Source: Folioceros fuciformis
Lineage: Eukaryota
Assembly (NCBI GenBank): GCA_049999805.1
Contig: JBNGIO010005956.1
Coordinates: 1-51,613 of the forward strand
Reading direction: 5' to 3'
Length of the DNA stretch: 51,613 nt
In this document: in pieces, positions 49,301 through 51,613 of the stretch
How positions within the stretch are numbered: position 1 is the first letter of the stretch
Layout: every line of letters starts with the position of its first letter
Position numbers and translations under genes: made by a program
The notes under the pieces: model-generated
Databases searched by the model: none
What the model was told of the DNA's origin: nothing
What the model saw: the letters and a program-made list of their open reading frames with translations, nothing else

Positions 49301-51613
49301 GGCAAAAAAATAAAAAGTACAAATGGCTATAGTGTTAGCAAGTGAGAATTGTGAGTTTGTGCTGTTCCAATAAATATATGTAATAAATAAATATTTATTA
49401 TTCTTAAGTTTTCTTTTAGGTTATTTTTAACTATTTATTATTATTTCTTTATTTTTTGCTCTATACTAATCTTAGTAAATCATAATTACTATCTTTAATG
49501 GATTGAGCTCTAATGTGAAATGGGAGTTGGTGTGCATGCTAGCATTGCCTCCTACTACTACTTCACCGCCCCACTTCATTGCTAGTGTTCTAGGTTGTAT
49601 TAATGGGTCACAACATGTTGTAATTCCACACTCTCTTCATGTTGCATTGCTACATACTATAATTTCATGTTACCCTAGTACTGCATTGCTATTGGCTAGT
49701 AGACATTACCATGTGCTCTCGGCGACTTTAATATGGTTTGTGCAAAATGGGTAGATTCTTAAAATCTTGTTGGGTGCTTTTGTGGGGTTAAAATATGGTA
49801 CCTGGGGGTACCGCGAGGTCCACACAAGCCCTCTATGTCGTTGTAGCTCTGGGATTCGATCCCAAGGGAATCATTCGTGTTAAACTACACAGGTTAGCTT
49901 CTAAAGTCAATCAGCACCTAAACTCGACTGACCCACGCACACACGTCCAGTGCTCGGTCCTTACCCACCCCCCTTACTTCTCCCACTACACGACTCTCCT
50001 ACCACCCAGTCGCACCAGGGACTACCTCCCCCTGGACTACTCTTGGTGGGCCACCGGACTACCCTCTGTTCCCTAATGGACTACTACCGTCGTCTTTCGG
50101 GCTACCACTCGTGGGCCCCACTCTCTCTCTCTTTCTCTCTCTAGGATTTTCTCTCTCTCCGAGTCGTCCCTACACGACTGTTTTCTCGCGCTTTCCCTTT
50201 TGCGCTTTCCTTCCTTGGTTCTCCACAAAATCGCCTCTCACCCTCAGGATCAAACGCACACACATATGAATAGCAACAATCTGCCGGTCGCCTTCCACCC
50301 ATGTGATTTCACACTCTAGGTACACCCTCTACAGTCTCAAATCAACTTCCTCACAGTCTCTCCAGTCTCATCGCGGCTAGTCACTCATACACACCACGTC
50401 TCGTTACACATTACTCACCTCGCTTCCAGGGTTTCTCTGGCTTCGTTCTCCACTCATTAGTTTTCGATATACGTTCTCCTCGTCTCTGGTTACTCGCTTC
50501 TCCTCTTTCTCACACACGCGCACCCTCGCGCTTCTTTTTTATCCAATCCTCCGTCTTCTTTCTCAGCAATGCCCCTCCTGGGCTTCCATGAACATTGAGG
50601 AATGGTGAGGTACCGGAGCTAAGGGCAGAGGGACCTCTTCCACTCCGAACTCGCGGATTCGGCTCCGACACCCACACCACCCACGTGACCACTCCGAGGA
50701 TAGCTGGGGAGCTTCTCTCCCACTCGGCGAGGCTCCTCCTCCCGATTCGTCCCCGGACCTAATCACGGAGCGCCCACCACCTACACCCGCACCCCAGGTT
50801 GCTACATGCGCTCGCTTGCCTGGACCTCCTGTCCAGCAACGGCCATCGCTAGGTTCCTGCAAGGTCGACTGCTCGGCTGGTGTTTTGCTACTTCCTTAGG
50901 CCTTCAAACCGGCCTCTTGTACACGGTGATGGCAGTTTTTCCGCCATAAAGTCTGTCAGGCAAGGGGGCTGCGCTCTTAAATTTTGAGCGACTTGGGTCC
51001 AAATAAAGCACGCTAAAAAAAACTATTCTAGCCTGCATTTACTATCGCCCTGTCTTGCGCCGCTGGCGGCTTCCTCCTGGCCTTCGCACGTCACCCCTCG
51101 CTGCTCCTCATCTCGCTCTTATGCCCCTCCGTTGATCCGGCAGGTCCTCCCAGAGGATCTCCACATCAATGCTGCTGCTGCTGGGCCTGGCTGGCGGTGC
51201 AGGTGGGTCCCACCACTGTGGTCCACCACCCCTCCTCCTTCTCTGGTTGCTGAGGACAGCCACAGGCCCCCGTTCTTCCGAGCGCTGGGCCTCCTCTTCC
51301 GTTCGTTCCTCCAAAACTGCCTCCGCATAACAGTGGGGCAGTCCTTGTTAAGCATAATTAATGTTGAGATTAATTAGTGCTAATCCAGCTTATTGAGTTT
51401 GTACTAATTAGTGGTAAGAGTGATTAAGGTTATGATTAATATATAAATATAGCTTATTAGACTTTGCTATGTTAGGCAAAAAAGTATTGTAGGGTTTGGG
51501 GTCATTTATCCCATATTGGGCACGAAATGAGAGTGCCACCCATAGGTCCATAAAAGAAGGGATGAACCCACTTAGTATTAGAAGTCTAACTCCCTCTTCA
51601 CTTGTATTGTGTT

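Noticed and set aside
50500-51380. GC-rich short ORFs near the window end
   Set aside because: No recognisable motif or consistent splice model.

Overview
Eukaryotic, intron-containing, repeat-rich DNA that looks like a land-plant genome; the transposon types hint at a non-seed plant such as a bryophyte (inference only). No rRNA, tRNA or CRISPR was seen. The flanks (about 1-9.9 kb, 13.3-18.8 kb, 27.3-29.6 kb, 45-51.6 kb) are mostly nested, decayed retroelements: an Athila/Tat-like gypsy family with a coiled-coil accessory ORF, a Copia RT/RNase H remnant, a 5'-truncated Tad1/I-type LINE with a 15-bp target-site duplication, and two CRE-like remnants. The centre (about 10-44.6 kb) is a diverged four-unit tandem array (A-D). 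The full unit has three parts: (i) a + strand 12-exon SAP-domain gene of the plant C3H62/At5g66840-like family (absent from A); (ii) a decayed + strand LRR-like, possibly F-box, sequence that carries a second copy of the SAP gene's 5' exons (clear in A-C, only a trace in D); (iii) a convergent - strand gene encoding a small ULTRAPETALA-like SAND-domain protein. Manual splicing gives two fully in-frame models lying head-to-head 1.27 kb apart: a 261-aa SAND gene (37780-36463) and a 660-aa SAP gene (39051-42160). The SAP protein has a SIM-like motif, two SAP domains, a 45-Glu tract, the conserved family domain and a SHI/STY-like zinc finger. A second SAND copy (44503-43581) is also open; the other copies are pseudogenes. 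Domain names come from motif recognition by eye, not from database searches.
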